Below, piece by piece: positions 30,256-39,036 of a stretch of 64,000 bases of DNA. Source of the stretch: an uncultured Gammaproteobacteria bacterium. GTDB taxonomy: Bacteria; Patescibacteriota; Microgenomatia; UBA10105; UBA927. The notes under the pieces were generated by a model, which had not been told where the DNA came from, made no database searches, and saw only the letters and a list, made by a program, of their open reading frames with translations. The stretch spans positions 841 through 64,840 of the forward strand of contig CAYUKU010000003.1 in the NCBI GenBank assembly GCA_964445435.1, in the 5' to 3' direction. The position numbers and the translations under genes were made by a program. How positions within the stretch are numbered: position 1 is the stretch's first letter; each line of letters begins with the position of its first letter.

Positions 30256-31347
30256 TCAAGATAGAGGCCCAATTGCAATGGCGCTCTGTTTAAGTTTTTC
30301 CCGTTGGAGCGACCACAAAATCCCAAATGCTATCGCAAGAGACAGAAGAGAGCTCCCCCCGTACGATACAAACGGAAGCGTAATGCCGGTTATGGGGATA
30401 ATGCCCATGTTCATGGCCGCGTTCACGAAAATCTGAACCACGAGCATCGCAAAAAGGCCAATCGAGTAAATAAACAGTCCCGGATCGCGCGCTTTACTGT
30501 CCACCAGGGGAGCAATAATACGGGTAAGCAGTGCGCCATAGAGAAATAAAAGCAGAATCCCTCCCACAAACCCCAATTCCTCGATAAGCGACGCGAAGAT
30601 GAAATCCGTATGATGCTCCGGCAGAAACCGCAGATGACTCTGGGTCCCCCTGCCAAGCCCGCGCCCGAAGAATTGGCCGCTTCCGACGGCGATCATGGCC
30701 TGGAGCGCATTATATCCGGCCCCCTTGGGGTCCAAGGCAGGATTAAGAAACGTGAGAATCCGATCTTTCTGATACGGCAGAAGTGCGTGCCACAACGCGG
30801 GGAAAGAGATGGCTCCCAGCCCGGCAACCGCAACGACAATGGCAACCGAGAGTCCGCCCGCAAGCATCATCGAAACCCAAAACGATCCGTAAATAATACT
30901 GCTTCCTAAATCGGGTTGCTTAAATACCAGCAAAAACGGGATGAGAAATAGAAGGACATGAAGCGGAATGTTTCTTAGATTCCTCGGACTGTATCTGGTC
31001 ATGAAATACGCAAACGCGAGGATGAAAAACGGCTTCGATAACTCGGAGGGTTGCAGTTGTACCCCTCCAATCATGATCCATCGTGTCGCTCCCCGGATGT
31101 TCGGGCCCAGATACGACAGAAGAAGAAATATATTCCCTATCACATATCCGTATGGGGCAAACCACCAAAACACCGCGTAATCCACCCGCGAGAAAAGATA
31201 CAGAAGAACCATCGCAAGCGCGAGAAACAATAACTGCTGCCAGAACGCTCCGACGCTGAGAGTAAGGAGTAAGAATAGTCCAAACGCGCAAAGGCACAAC
31301 AGAAGAAGAAGCGTTATCCAGTCGAAATGGTAAGCTCGTCTCCCCAT
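30256..31347 (-). CDS. rodA: SEDS peptidoglycan glycosyltransferase RodA
   Basis: GATRW, QPSE, QPDLG, PYQKDRI, LPEHHTDFIF, GITLPFVSYGGSS. Confidence 0.88.
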   Translation of the reverse strand: MGRRAYHFDWITLLLLLCLCAFGLFLLLTLSVGAFWQQLLFLALAMVLLYLFSRVDYAVFWWFAPYGYVIGNIFLLLSYLGPNIRGATRWIMIGGVQLQPSELSKPFFILAFAYFMTRYSPRNLRNIPLHVLLFLIPFLLVFKQPDLGSSIIYGSFWVSMMLAGGLSVAIVVAVAGLGAISFPALWHALLPYQKDRILTFLNPALDPKGAGYNALQAMIAVGSGQFFGRGLGRGTQSHLRFLPEHHTDFIFASLIEELGFVGGILLLFLYGALLTRIIAPLVDSKARDPGLFIYSIGLFAMLVVQIFVNAAMNMGIIPITGITLPFVSYGGSSLLSLAIAFGILWSLQREKLKQSAIAIGPLS

Positions 31348-34139
31348 ACCACTGATTCTACCAAAGTCTTGGTTTGTATTACCGAGAGGAGCTCCTTGGG
31401 TAGGCTTTGGTACTTCCTGGGCAGAACAAGTGTAATTTTACGGTCAACCGGCAACCCCTGCTGTTTTCGCACTGCCTGGATCTCCCGCACAAGTTTTCGC
31501 GCGTCACCTTCCAGTTTAAGCTCTTCCGTCAGCTCGGTGGTGAGGGCAACCGTGATGTCTCCGGCGCCTTTCACAACAAGAATCTCCCGGATGTTTACTT
31601 CTTCCCGTACGACCTCAAGTATTTCTTCGGACACAGTGTCAGAAACGTTTGACACAACGGCTTTGGAGAGTGGCTGTCTGATGGGAATTCCTGAGGCCTT
31701 GCGTGCCGCGTGAATCTTCTCCACAACGCGTCGGGCCAGATCCATCTGTGACTCAAGGGCTCTGTCCTTCTTTGTTTTTCCTTCTTCCGGCCACATGGCG
31801 ACATGAACGGATCCTGCTGATGCGACCAAATTCTGGTATATGCGTTCGGTGACAAACGGCGCCACGGGCGCAAGGACGAGAACAAGCTGTTTTATCGCCC
31901 ACCCGAAGACGTGTTGTGCGGCTTTGTCCTCCCGCAAACGGTCACGGCTTCGCCTGAGGTACCAGGTCGAAAATTCCGAAATGTGCTGCTCAAGATATCT
32001 GCATGCCAAAACCGTATCATACGCATCAAACGCTTGCGTCACGGATGAGACGAGATGCGCGGTCTTACTTACCAACCAGCGATCAAGAACATGGACCGGC
32101 TTGAGCGGTTCATCTGATAAATCTCCTTCAGCATAGAGTTTGTAGAAACTGAAAATGTTCCACAGCGTCGAAACGATTTTCTGATACACTTCCTTCACCC
32201 CGTCTTCAGAGAAATTGAGATTCTCCGCTTTCATCACGACCGATCCCATGAGATAAAACCGAAGCGCATCCACGCCGTATTTCTCAAACAGAAGCGAAGG
32301 GTCAGGGTAGTTTTTCTTAGACTTGCTCATCTTGGAACCGTCTTCAGCCAGGATGGTTCCCGTGGTTACCGCGTTCTCGAAGGTGTGTTTGTCAAAGAGA
32401 CCGACGGACATAACGTGCAGGGTATAAAACCACGCACGAGTCTGGGCGATATACTCCGCGATGAATTGGGCCGGATGTGACTCCTCAAACAATTTCTTGT
32501 TCTCGAACGGATAATGGATGGAGGCATATGGCATGCTTCCTGATTCTATCCAGCAGTCGAATACCTCGGGGATACGCTTCCCCTTCACGGTCTTGTCATC
32601 ATCCACCCATACTTCCACATCATCCAGAAATTCGCGGTGAATATCCGTCAGATTTGCCACGCGTTTCGGATCGACGGCCCATTTCTTCAGCTCTTCAAGC
32701 GATCCCACGAGCCGCATCTTCCCGTCCCCTTTCCAGACCGGCATGGGCGTCCCCCAATAGCGGGATCGGGAGATATTCCAATCCGGCGCCGTCTCAAGGC
32801 CTTTTCCGAACCGTCCGTGTTTGAGATGGTCCGGATACCAGTTGATGTTCTCGTTTTGGGAGAGAAGCGTGGGCTTGAGCTTCTGGACATCGATAAACCA
32901 TGCGGGAACCGGCGCGTGATAGAGTCTCGTCTCGCAGCGGTAACAAACCGGCACACTGTGGATACGCTCTTCATCGCGATAGATAAGATTCCGCTTGGAT
33001 AAATCTTCGTTTACCAGGGGATTTACCTTCAGCATAAACATTCCCGCCCACGGCGTCACCTCAGGATTGAGTTTTCCCTCTTCATCCACGTGATATACCA
33101 GCTGCACGTTATGTTTCGTCATCACGCGGAAGTCGTCTTCTCCGTACACCGCAAGCGTAACGACTCCCGTCCCCTCTTCTGCCGTCACATAGGAATCGGC
33201 GATCACAACTCCTGCTTTCTCTCCATTTTTCCGGTCGGGGTAGAAGTCGTAATGCAGTTCGAAGGAGAACTGTTCGAGATCTTTTCCTTTGTATGTTTCA
33301 ACAATTTTATATGAGGGTTCTTTATTGAGAATCTCCAGCGTACTTTTGGCGAGAATGTAGAATTCATCGCCCTGTTTCACCTTCACATATTCAAGATCAG
33401 GGTTCACGGCGAGCGCAGGGGTCGCGAGCTTATTCCATGGCGTCGTAGACCAGGCCAGAAGGTACGTCGCATCCATATCTTTTAACTTATATTTATAGAC
33501 CGTGCTTGGACCGGGCATGTCCTTATAGCTGTTGTCCATCGCGATTTCGAAATTCGACAACGGAGTGGCACAGCGCGGGCAGTAGAGAATGACGCGCTTA
33601 CCCTCGTACACCAGTCCCTTTTCGTGGAGACGCTTGAACGCCCACCAGACGGATTCCATAAACGAGGTGTCCATGGTCTTGTAGGAATGTTTGAAATCCA
33701 CCCACCGGCCGATTCTTCGCACGACCTTCTCCCACTCTTTATCAAACCGCAGAATGGCAGCCCGGCAGGCCGCGTTAAACTTATCGATGCCGAGCGCCTC
33801 TATGCCCTTCTTTCCGCCTTTGAGCTCAAGCTCTTTTTCAATCATGTTTTCGATCGGGATCCCGTGGCAATCCCACCCCCATACGCGCTCGACTCTATAG
33901 CCCTTCATGGTCCAGTACCGGGGAATGACGTCCTTTATGGTCGAGGCGAGGATATGACCATAGTGAGGAAGGCCCGTGGCAAACGGCGGGCCGTCATAGA
34001 AAACATACCGCTTGTCTTCCGGGCGTGATGTGACGGACGTCTCAAACGCCTGGGTCTCGTCCCAATACTCCAAAACATCGTGCTCGCTTTTGGGAATATC
34101 GAGTTTTTCCTGAAAGTTCTTGATTTTTAAGTCCTGCAT
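31314..34139 (-). CDS. ileS: Isoleucine--tRNA ligase (type 2)
   Basis: DGPPFATGLPHYGH, GWDCHG, WNISRSRYWGTP, KMSKS. Confidence 0.96.
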   Translation of the reverse strand: MQDLKIKNFQEKLDIPKSEHDVLEYWDETQAFETSVTSRPEDKRYVFYDGPPFATGLPHYGHILASTIKDVIPRYWTMKGYRVERVWGWDCHGIPIENMIEKELELKGGKKGIEALGIDKFNAACRAAILRFDKEWEKVVRRIGRWVDFKHSYKTMDTSFMESVWWAFKRLHEKGLVYEGKRVILYCPRCATPLSNFEIAMDNSYKDMPGPSTVYKYKLKDMDATYLLAWSTTPWNKLATPALAVNPDLEYVKVKQGDEFYILAKSTLEILNKEPSYKIVETYKGKDLEQFSFELHYDFYPDRKNGEKAGVVIADSYVTAEEGTGVVTLAVYGEDDFRVMTKHNVQLVYHVDEEGKLNPEVTPWAGMFMLKVNPLVNEDLSKRNLIYRDEERIHSVPVCYRCETRLYHAPVPAWFIDVQKLKPTLLSQNENINWYPDHLKHGRFGKGLETAPDWNISRSRYWGTPMPVWKGDGKMRLVGSLEELKKWAVDPKRVANLTDIHREFLDDVEVWVDDDKTVKGKRIPEVFDCWIESGSMPYASIHYPFENKKLFEESHPAQFIAEYIAQTRAWFYTLHVMSVGLFDKHTFENAVTTGTILAEDGSKMSKSKKNYPDPSLLFEKYGVDALRFYLMGSVVMKAENLNFSEDGVKEVYQKIVSTLWNIFSFYKLYAEGDLSDEPLKPVHVLDRWLVSKTAHLVSSVTQAFDAYDTVLACRYLEQHISEFSTWYLRRSRDRLREDKAAQHVFGWAIKQLVLVLAPVAPFVTERIYQNLVASAGSVHVAMWPEEGKTKKDRALESQMDLARRVVEKIHAARKASGIPIRQPLSKAVVSNVSDTVSEEILEVVREEVNIREILVVKGAGDITVALTTELTEELKLEGDARKLVREIQAVRKQQGLPVDRKITLVLPRKYQSLPKELLSVIQTKTLVESVVWGDELTISTG

Positions 34140-34212
34140 ACTGTTAGTAATCCCTACGGAGATATGTGGCTTCTAAACTTGTGAATACGAATTCACTCGT
34201 TAAGCAGCCATC

Positions 34213-34405
34213 AAAAATCCGCTCTCCTTATACAATACCGTATATAAGGACGAGCGGCTACTCGTGGTACCACCTTATTCTCCATGAACCGCGCTTGCTC
34301 TGGTTCATGGCTCGATTCCTGCTGTAACGGGCTTACCCGGAAGGGTCTACTTGCCTTTCGGTGTTCTTCCTCCAGCTCGTCCGGTGATGTCGGACTTGGA
34401 CGCTG
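34213..34405 (-). promoter_or_regulatory. Ile T-box riboswitch with short stem I and intrinsic terminator
   Basis: Specifier ATC in GTCCGACATCACCGGAC, stem II with AGTA S-turn, CCCGTTA, T-box AAGGTGGTACCACG, terminator CCGCTC...GAGCGG-ATTTTT. Confidence 0.9.
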
Positions 34406-34413
34406 TTAAGTGA

Positions 34414-34442
34414 AGTATAACAAGATTGAAACGTTATCTCAA
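34414..34442 (-). promoter_or_regulatory. sigma70 promoter of the T-box-ileS unit
   Basis: TTGAGA-17 nt-TATACT with TG extension, just upstream of the T-box. Confidence 0.75.
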
Positions 34443-34462
34443 CTCCTCTGTCTTAAAAACGC
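34439..34462 (-). repeat. att-like repeat: displaced copy of the ftsZ 3' end
   Basis: GCG TTT TTA AGA CAG AGG AGT TGA (AFLRQRS*), 19/24 identical to the present ftsZ end. Confidence 0.8.
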
Positions 34463-34597
34463 AGCGTCACCGCCTCCATATTTGTTTACGAAGGTAGGGG
34501 CTACCTTCTTCTGGTAGTAACGGATACCGTTTTTCTGAGATAGTGTATATCCTTCTCCGTTAAGACCGATGTGATGCTTTGAAGAATCGTATGCCAT
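34439..34597 (-). CDS. 52-aa chimeric ORF: truncated phage-like gene fused in frame to the FtsZ tail
   Basis: MAYDSSKHHIGLNGEGYTLSQKNGIRYYQKKVAPTFVNKYGGGDAAFLRQRS*. Confidence 0.5.
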   Translation of the reverse strand: MAYDSSKHHIGLNGEGYTLSQKNGIRYYQKKVAPTFVNKYGGGDAAFLRQRS

Positions 34598-34598
34598 A

Positions 34599-34883
34599 TT
34601 AGACTTCAGTTAGTACGAACGCTCCGGTTCCGGAGTTAATAGTTACGTGGTATCTTTTCGTTCCATCTGAGGAATACATGTAGAACCCATCTGAGCCAAA
34701 CGAGCCTTCGAGATTCCTGATATTTACCTTTCGAGAACCCGTTCCCGTGTGCGCATGGAGACCGATCTTCTGAATTTCCGTAAACAGAGAAGGAGCAAGA
34801 TGTTGCAGCTCGATCTGACCAGGGCCGATTTGATCTCCTGTAACGGGAGCTTTGGCTGATGACTTAAAAGTTGAGTATCCTAT
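34599..34883 (-). pseudogene. Phage tail/spike-like small gene with ATA in place of a start codon
   Basis: 94 open codons after a G-rich RBS: (I)GYSTFKSSAKAPVTGDQIGPGQIELQHL...HAHTG...YMYSSDGTKRYHVTINSGTGAFVLTEV*. Confidence 0.45.
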
Positions 34884-34973
34884 ATTCCCCCCCTAAACAG
34901 CCTCAATTGAAGATGAGGGAGGATAGAAAGTGAATTAGATTATCGGGGATGTGGTATGATCCCTATCAAGTCT

Positions 34974-35132
34974 ATGAATAATAGCCCGTTGTGGGATTTG
35001 GCTATTTTGACCGTTATTATTGGATATATAGTATATAGATTCTTTTTTACGGATAACTTGCCTAATAGCTGTCGTCCTAACGATCAAGCATGTCTTGATT
35101 ATGTAGCTGAACAGGTAGATTATAGGAGATAA
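34974..35132 (+). CDS. Small membrane protein (moron-like)
   Basis: MNNSPLWDLAILTVIIGYIVYRFFF...SCRPNDQACLDY; preceded by TGgTATGAT. Confidence 0.5.
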   Translation: MNNSPLWDLAILTVIIGYIVYRFFFTDNLPNSCRPNDQACLDYVAEQVDYRR

Positions 35133-35134
35133 TT

Positions 35135-35410
35135 ATGCTCTGTATTGGAGGAGAGATAAGCGGTTTATGCGTAGAAGGTTTTCACCCGATTCTTGATTTT
35201 GGTTTTTTTGCCGCTCTTCTTATTCTTCTAGCAAGTCTTTTCACCTTGTTCATTCCAAATGAGAGTAGAATTCGGAGGATTTTAGCGAGCGTATTTGTTC
35301 TATACAGTCTTTTGATTGTTATCTTCAAACTATTCATTGTATCCCTACCAACCAAAGACATATTCTACTATCTCTTCAAAATTTTCTATCCCTTTTATCC
35401 ACTTAATTAG
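35135..35410 (+). CDS. Small two-TM membrane protein (moron-like)
   Basis: 91 aa, two hydrophobic helices, AGGAG SD. Confidence 0.55.
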   Translation: MLCIGGEISGLCVEGFHPILDFGFFAALLILLASLFTLFIPNESRIRRILASVFVLYSLLIVIFKLFIVSLPTKDIFYYLFKIFYPFYPLN

Positions 35411-35898
35411 GCGTAGAATCTCCCAGCAAAAGGCTTCGATAATTTATCAATTATGCCTTGAATAAAGGGGTCTATAAACTTCTGAATGACCCCCTGCCTT
35501 GGTGCAGGGGTAGGAGTGGTCTGTGGAGTTCCTACAGTAAAGCTGCCAACTCTAGTTCTTGTCGGAGCTGAGGATGCTGGAGATTGCGTAGGAACTGATG
35601 CTTTAATCGTTGTACCTATTGCTGGACCGGACGGTTTCGTTGCCCCTAGCACACTTCCGCCTGACGAAGCATTAGCTACCGAACGAGCTGATGGGACTGC
35701 TGGCGCAGATGGTCGTGATGGAGCAGCAGGACTTCCAGCGGGAGGAGGGGACAAACCAGTCGCTTTTGCTAACTCGGTACAAATTCCATTGGGAAGATAT
35801 CCATGATTCGGCTTTGCAGAAACCCGTAGCTGAGCCTCAATAAGAAGCGTTTTTGACAAACGAACATATGGTGCAGTTCTATTATATTTTCCTTTCAT
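35407..35898 (-). CDS. Low-complexity Pro/Ser/Ala-rich phage-like ORF, possibly a deletion fusion
   Basis: 163-aa ORF; abrupt compositional change after about 45 aa. Confidence 0.4.
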   Translation of the reverse strand: MKGKYNRTAPYVRLSKTLLIEAQLRVSAKPNHGYLPNGICTELAKATGLSPPPAGSPAAPSRPSAPAVPSARSVANASSGGSVLGATKPSGPAIGTTIKASVPTQSPASSAPTRTRVGSFTVGTPQTTPTPAPRQGVIQKFIDPFIQGIIDKLSKPFAGRFYA

Positions 35899-36028
35899 AG
35901 CGTTTTTTTCTTTCTCGCAACCTTTCGCTACATTTTGGACATACGGTTACCTTTTCAGACCGGAATTCATCCGGACACAGCGTACATATTCTCCGTGTTG
36001 CTCGGTGATAACCAAAAGATTTAGACAT
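35882..36028 (-). CDS. Small zinc-ribbon protein
   Basis: MSKSFGYHRATRRICTLCPDEFRSEKVTVCPKCSERLRERKKRYERKI*; two CxxC. Confidence 0.55.
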   Translation of the reverse strand: MSKSFGYHRATRRICTLCPDEFRSEKVTVCPKCSERLRERKKRYERKI

Positions 36029-36149
36029 ACCCGTTTTCTAAATAAAGCCTTAAACAAAAATGGCACACCCACAATCCTAACCATTCCCGGTTATGTTTCA
36101 GTTCAACTGGCGATACTTCATATCTGCACTCATTACAAACGTAGATCAT
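36021..36149 (-). CDS. Small zinc-ribbon protein
   Basis: MIYVCNECRYEVSPVELKHNREWLGLWVCHFCLRLYLENGYV*; two CxxC; overlaps both neighbours. Confidence 0.55.
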   Translation of the reverse strand: MIYVCNECRYEVSPVELKHNREWLGLWVCHFCLRLYLENGYV

Positions 36150-36331
36150 ATGACTTCCCCTTCGTGTCTAGATTCTAAAGATGCGAATGCTCCATACAAG
36201 TCTTCTTCAATATCCTTCATACGGTGTTCGTGCTGTTTCGTGGTTATGAGATTTAACACCTTCATTCCTCCGGCAAGGCTTGACTGTAAAAATGCTATTC
36301 GTATTTTCAAAATCAACCATTTCTTATTCAT
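36146..36331 (-). CDS. Hypothetical phage-like protein
   Basis: 61-aa ORF with ATGA coupling to the next gene. Confidence 0.45.
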   Translation of the reverse strand: MNKKWLILKIRIAFLQSSLAGGMKVLNLITTKQHEHRMKDIEEDLYGAFASLESRHEGEVI

Positions 36332-36339
36332 AGTTTTCG

Positions 36340-36644
36340 TTAAAAATCTATAAATGCTTCTACTGGTTTCACTTCTCCGAGTCCTATCGCCCGCTCATAC
36401 AAAACCATAGGACGATCGGGAAACATAAACACCTTCTCCATCCGCTTTCCTTCCTTCTTCCATGCTTCCGGGCTGTAACCTCTTGAGCGTTCGGACATTC
36501 AACGATGAGCGTTTTCTTCTGCTTCATAGCGTCGTTTAAGATTCGTTCCTGAATAGCACACACCGTTCCGTAGATAGGCTTCTGAAACTTCATGTGCCAG
36601 AACTTACTTTCAACTGTTTGTACTTGTCCGTTATAGAGTTGCAT
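36340..36644 (-). pseudogene. Frameshifted phage-like hypothetical gene
   Basis: MQLYNGQ...FQKPIYGT...ECPNAQEV continues in another frame as SPEAWKKEGKRMEKVFMFPDRPMVLYE...FIDF*. Confidence 0.55.
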
Positions 36645-37180
36645 ATGTTTCTCTTACGTCCCCCTCCCCCACAGCATTCTGCAGCCTTTTAGCTATTCCC
36701 CTTGTTTGCAGAGCCGTTTCCTAGAGATGAACCTTGCCCCACCTAAGTTCGGTCAGGTCAGTGCGTATCTCTGAGGTGTCCGTGTTCTGTTTTCAAGTCC
36801 GGCTAGTCCGTTTTTATTCGCAAACATTTAGGTAAACGGCGGCTACCGTGTCTGCTACCCATTCTTGTTTCCGTCACCCATGTGGAAGGGGTGTGGGTAA
36901 CGGAAATAAGCCTTCCACAGCTATTCCAAGAATGCTTTCAATGCAATTGCAAACCCCCTTCGACTCGTATATTCGGCGTCGTTGCAGACGGTAATTTTTG
37001 TTTTCTTTTTATTTCCGGCGAACCATGAACCGTAAGAGACTCGAAGATATACAGAAGGGTGTTTCTCCCATTTAATCGTGCGTACGTGGTTGAGAAATCG
37101 GCGAATGGACCCCGTTTCACATCTCTCACCTTTTACTACGACTGTATAGTTCGTTTCATAGTCGCTAATCCAACTATTTG

Positions 37181-37553
37181 TTATGATCTTGCGGTCAGTG
37201 GTGTTGGCTTTTCACCACCAACCGTCAGAGCATACCTGAAACTCCTAACTGCCTTTTGGAGGCTTGTAGGTACACCAACCTTGACTGGGTGGCAATCTTT
37301 GGTCCGGCAGAACCATCCCCACTGGCCCTTCGTAAGAGGTTTATTGTGCTTTGGGCACATGGGGACCTCTGCTTGCACATCGTATTCAGTGTGGGCAGTA
37401 TTTCCTTCATCATCGGGGAAAGCACTTTTCTGTGGGAGTTTTGCTTTATATTTTTCTATAAGCGGAGCGAACTCCTCCTCGTTATCGGTTCGGATAACAA
37501 TCTGCTCTGAGCGATCTGGACATTTTGGACCACTGAAATTTCTTATCTTCCAT
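37181..37553 (-). pseudogene. Frameshifted phage-like gene with a C-terminal zinc finger
   Basis: MEDKKFQWSKM then frameshift to PDRSEQIVIRTDNEEEF...MCPKHNKPL...WGWFCRTKDC. Confidence 0.55.
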
Positions 37554-37740
37554 GTTCCTCCTTTGGATAGATGTACCCGTATTTATGGGCATCACGTTTT
37601 ATGACTCGGAAGACATTGGGCTGGAGAACTCGTTTGTGATATCGCTTGCGGAAGACGTCGGGGATAGCGTACGTTGAGAAATCATCCTCAAAATACAGCT
37701 TGCAGATTATTCTGTTGTAGTCTATTTTTGCTTTAGACAT
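37543..37740 (-). CDS. Small basic HTH-like DNA-binding protein
   Basis: 65 aa, IICKLYFEDDFSTYAIP...VLQPNVFRVIKR resembles an HTH. Confidence 0.45.
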   Translation of the reverse strand: MSKAKIDYNRIICKLYFEDDFSTYAIPDVFRKRYHKRVLQPNVFRVIKRDAHKYGYIYPKEEHGR

Positions 37741-37769
37741 AGGTTTGGCGTATAATAACGCTCTAAACT

Positions 37770-37791
37770 AAAAAACCTGACCTGCGTCAGG
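37770..37791 (-). terminator. Intrinsic terminator after ftsZ
   Basis: CCTGAC-GCAG-GTCAGG-TTTTTT on the minus strand. Confidence 0.75.
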
Positions 37792-37814
37792 CCTAGTATC
37801 AACCTACGTCTCTC

Positions 37815-37838
37815 TTAACTTCTCTGTCTTAGGAATGC
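37815..37838 (-). repeat. att-like repeat: present 3' end of ftsZ
   Basis: GCA TTC CTA AGA CAG AGA AGT TAA (AFLRQRS*). Confidence 0.8.
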
Positions 37839-38984
37839 GGGGATATCGAATTCGTCTTCCTCAGGAGGAAGCTCGTCATCAGGAACGGGAGGCGTATAAA
37901 CCGGGGTTGGCGCGGGACGCGGGGTAGCAGCTTGCTGGACCGGTTGTGCTTGAGCTGCATATGGCTGCGGCGCAGGAGCGGGCGTTGCCCCAAACGCGGG
38001 GCGGCCGGTAATTTCCCTCAGCCTTCGTTTCGTTTCATCAAATCCAGTTGCTATGACTGTAATCTTCACCTGATCCACCAGGTGCTCATCGATGGTTGCC
38101 CCGAAAATGATGTTTGCATCCGGATCCACGGCCGAGGCGATTTGTTTGGCCGCCTCATCGACTTCTGCCATCGTAAGATCCGACCCCCCGGTAATGTTAA
38201 ACAGCACTCCTTTGGCTCCCTCAATGGACACTTCCAGAAGCGGCGAGGCAATCGCGGTACGCGCTGCTGTTGCGGCCCTGTTCTCCCCAACCCCCGTGCC
38301 GATGCCCATGAGCGATGATCCTGCGTTCGTCATGATGGTGCGAACGTCAGCAAAATCGACATTGATAAGTCCGGGCATGGTGATAAGGTCAGCTATTCCC
38401 TGAACACCCTGACCTAACACGGAATCCGTGACGCGAAACGCTTCCAGAAGCGTCATTTTCTTGTCGATAACCTCCAAAAGCCGCTGATTGGGTATGACGA
38501 TAAGTGTATCCACTTTATCTTTCAGATTAGAAATGCCCTCTTCTGCTGCAAGCATCCTTCTGGTTCCCTCAAAATGAAACGGTTTGGTGACGACGGCCAC
38601 AGTAAGGGCTCCCATTTCCTTGGCGACTTGGGCGACGACGGGAGTGGCACCCGTCCCCGTGCCGCCTCCCTCCCCGCAGGTGAGGAAGATCATGTCGGTA
38701 TCCCGAAGATAGTCCTTAATTTTGTCTTTCGATTCTTCTGCAGCTTCTTTGCCGATTTCCGGCTTGCCACCCGCACCCAATCCGCGGGTCACCATATCTC
38801 CTATTTGGATTTTCGTAGGTGCCTGGCAGGTGAGAAGCGCCTGGGCGTCGGTATTTACGCCAATGAAATCGACTCCCGCGATCTGATTGACGGAAATCAT
38901 TGAGTTAATGGCATTGCAGCCGCCGCCGCCGATGCCGATGACCTTAATTTTGGCGAAACGGGCTATATCTGGTTTGATAAGCAT
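37815..38984 (-). CDS. ftsZ: Cell division protein FtsZ
   Basis: [29 protein letters not shown]-terminal DIPAFLR. Confidence 0.98.
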   Translation of the reverse strand: MLIKPDIARFAKIKVIGIGGGGCNAINSMISVNQIAGVDFIGVNTDAQALLTCQAPTKIQIGDMVTRGLGAGGKPEIGKEAAEESKDKIKDYLRDTDMIFLTCGEGGGTGTGATPVVAQVAKEMGALTVAVVTKPFHFEGTRRMLAAEEGISNLKDKVDTLIVIPNQRLLEVIDKKMTLLEAFRVTDSVLGQGVQGIADLITMPGLINVDFADVRTIMTNAGSSLMGIGTGVGENRAATAARTAIASPLLEVSIEGAKGVLFNITGGSDLTMAEVDEAAKQIASAVDPDANIIFGATIDEHLVDQVKITVIATGFDETKRRLREITGRPAFGATPAPAPQPYAAQAQPVQQAATPRPAPTPVYTPPVPDDELPPEEDEFDIPAFLRQRS

Positions 38985-39036
38985 ATCTCGTATTCTCAGG
39001 GGCAGAGAATTAGTTCATTCTGAGGAAACTTCTTGT

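Larger units (their letters stand above)
34439..37838. mobile_element. Decayed prophage-like remnant inserted in the 3' end of ftsZ
   Basis: Small, partly frameshifted phage-like ORFs bounded by imperfect direct repeats both encoding AFLRQRS*; no integrase visible. Confidence 0.75.

Noticed and set aside
36938-37129. 63-aa ORF in the prophage remnant
   Set aside because: GTG start, no motif, lies in a structured apparently non-coding stretch
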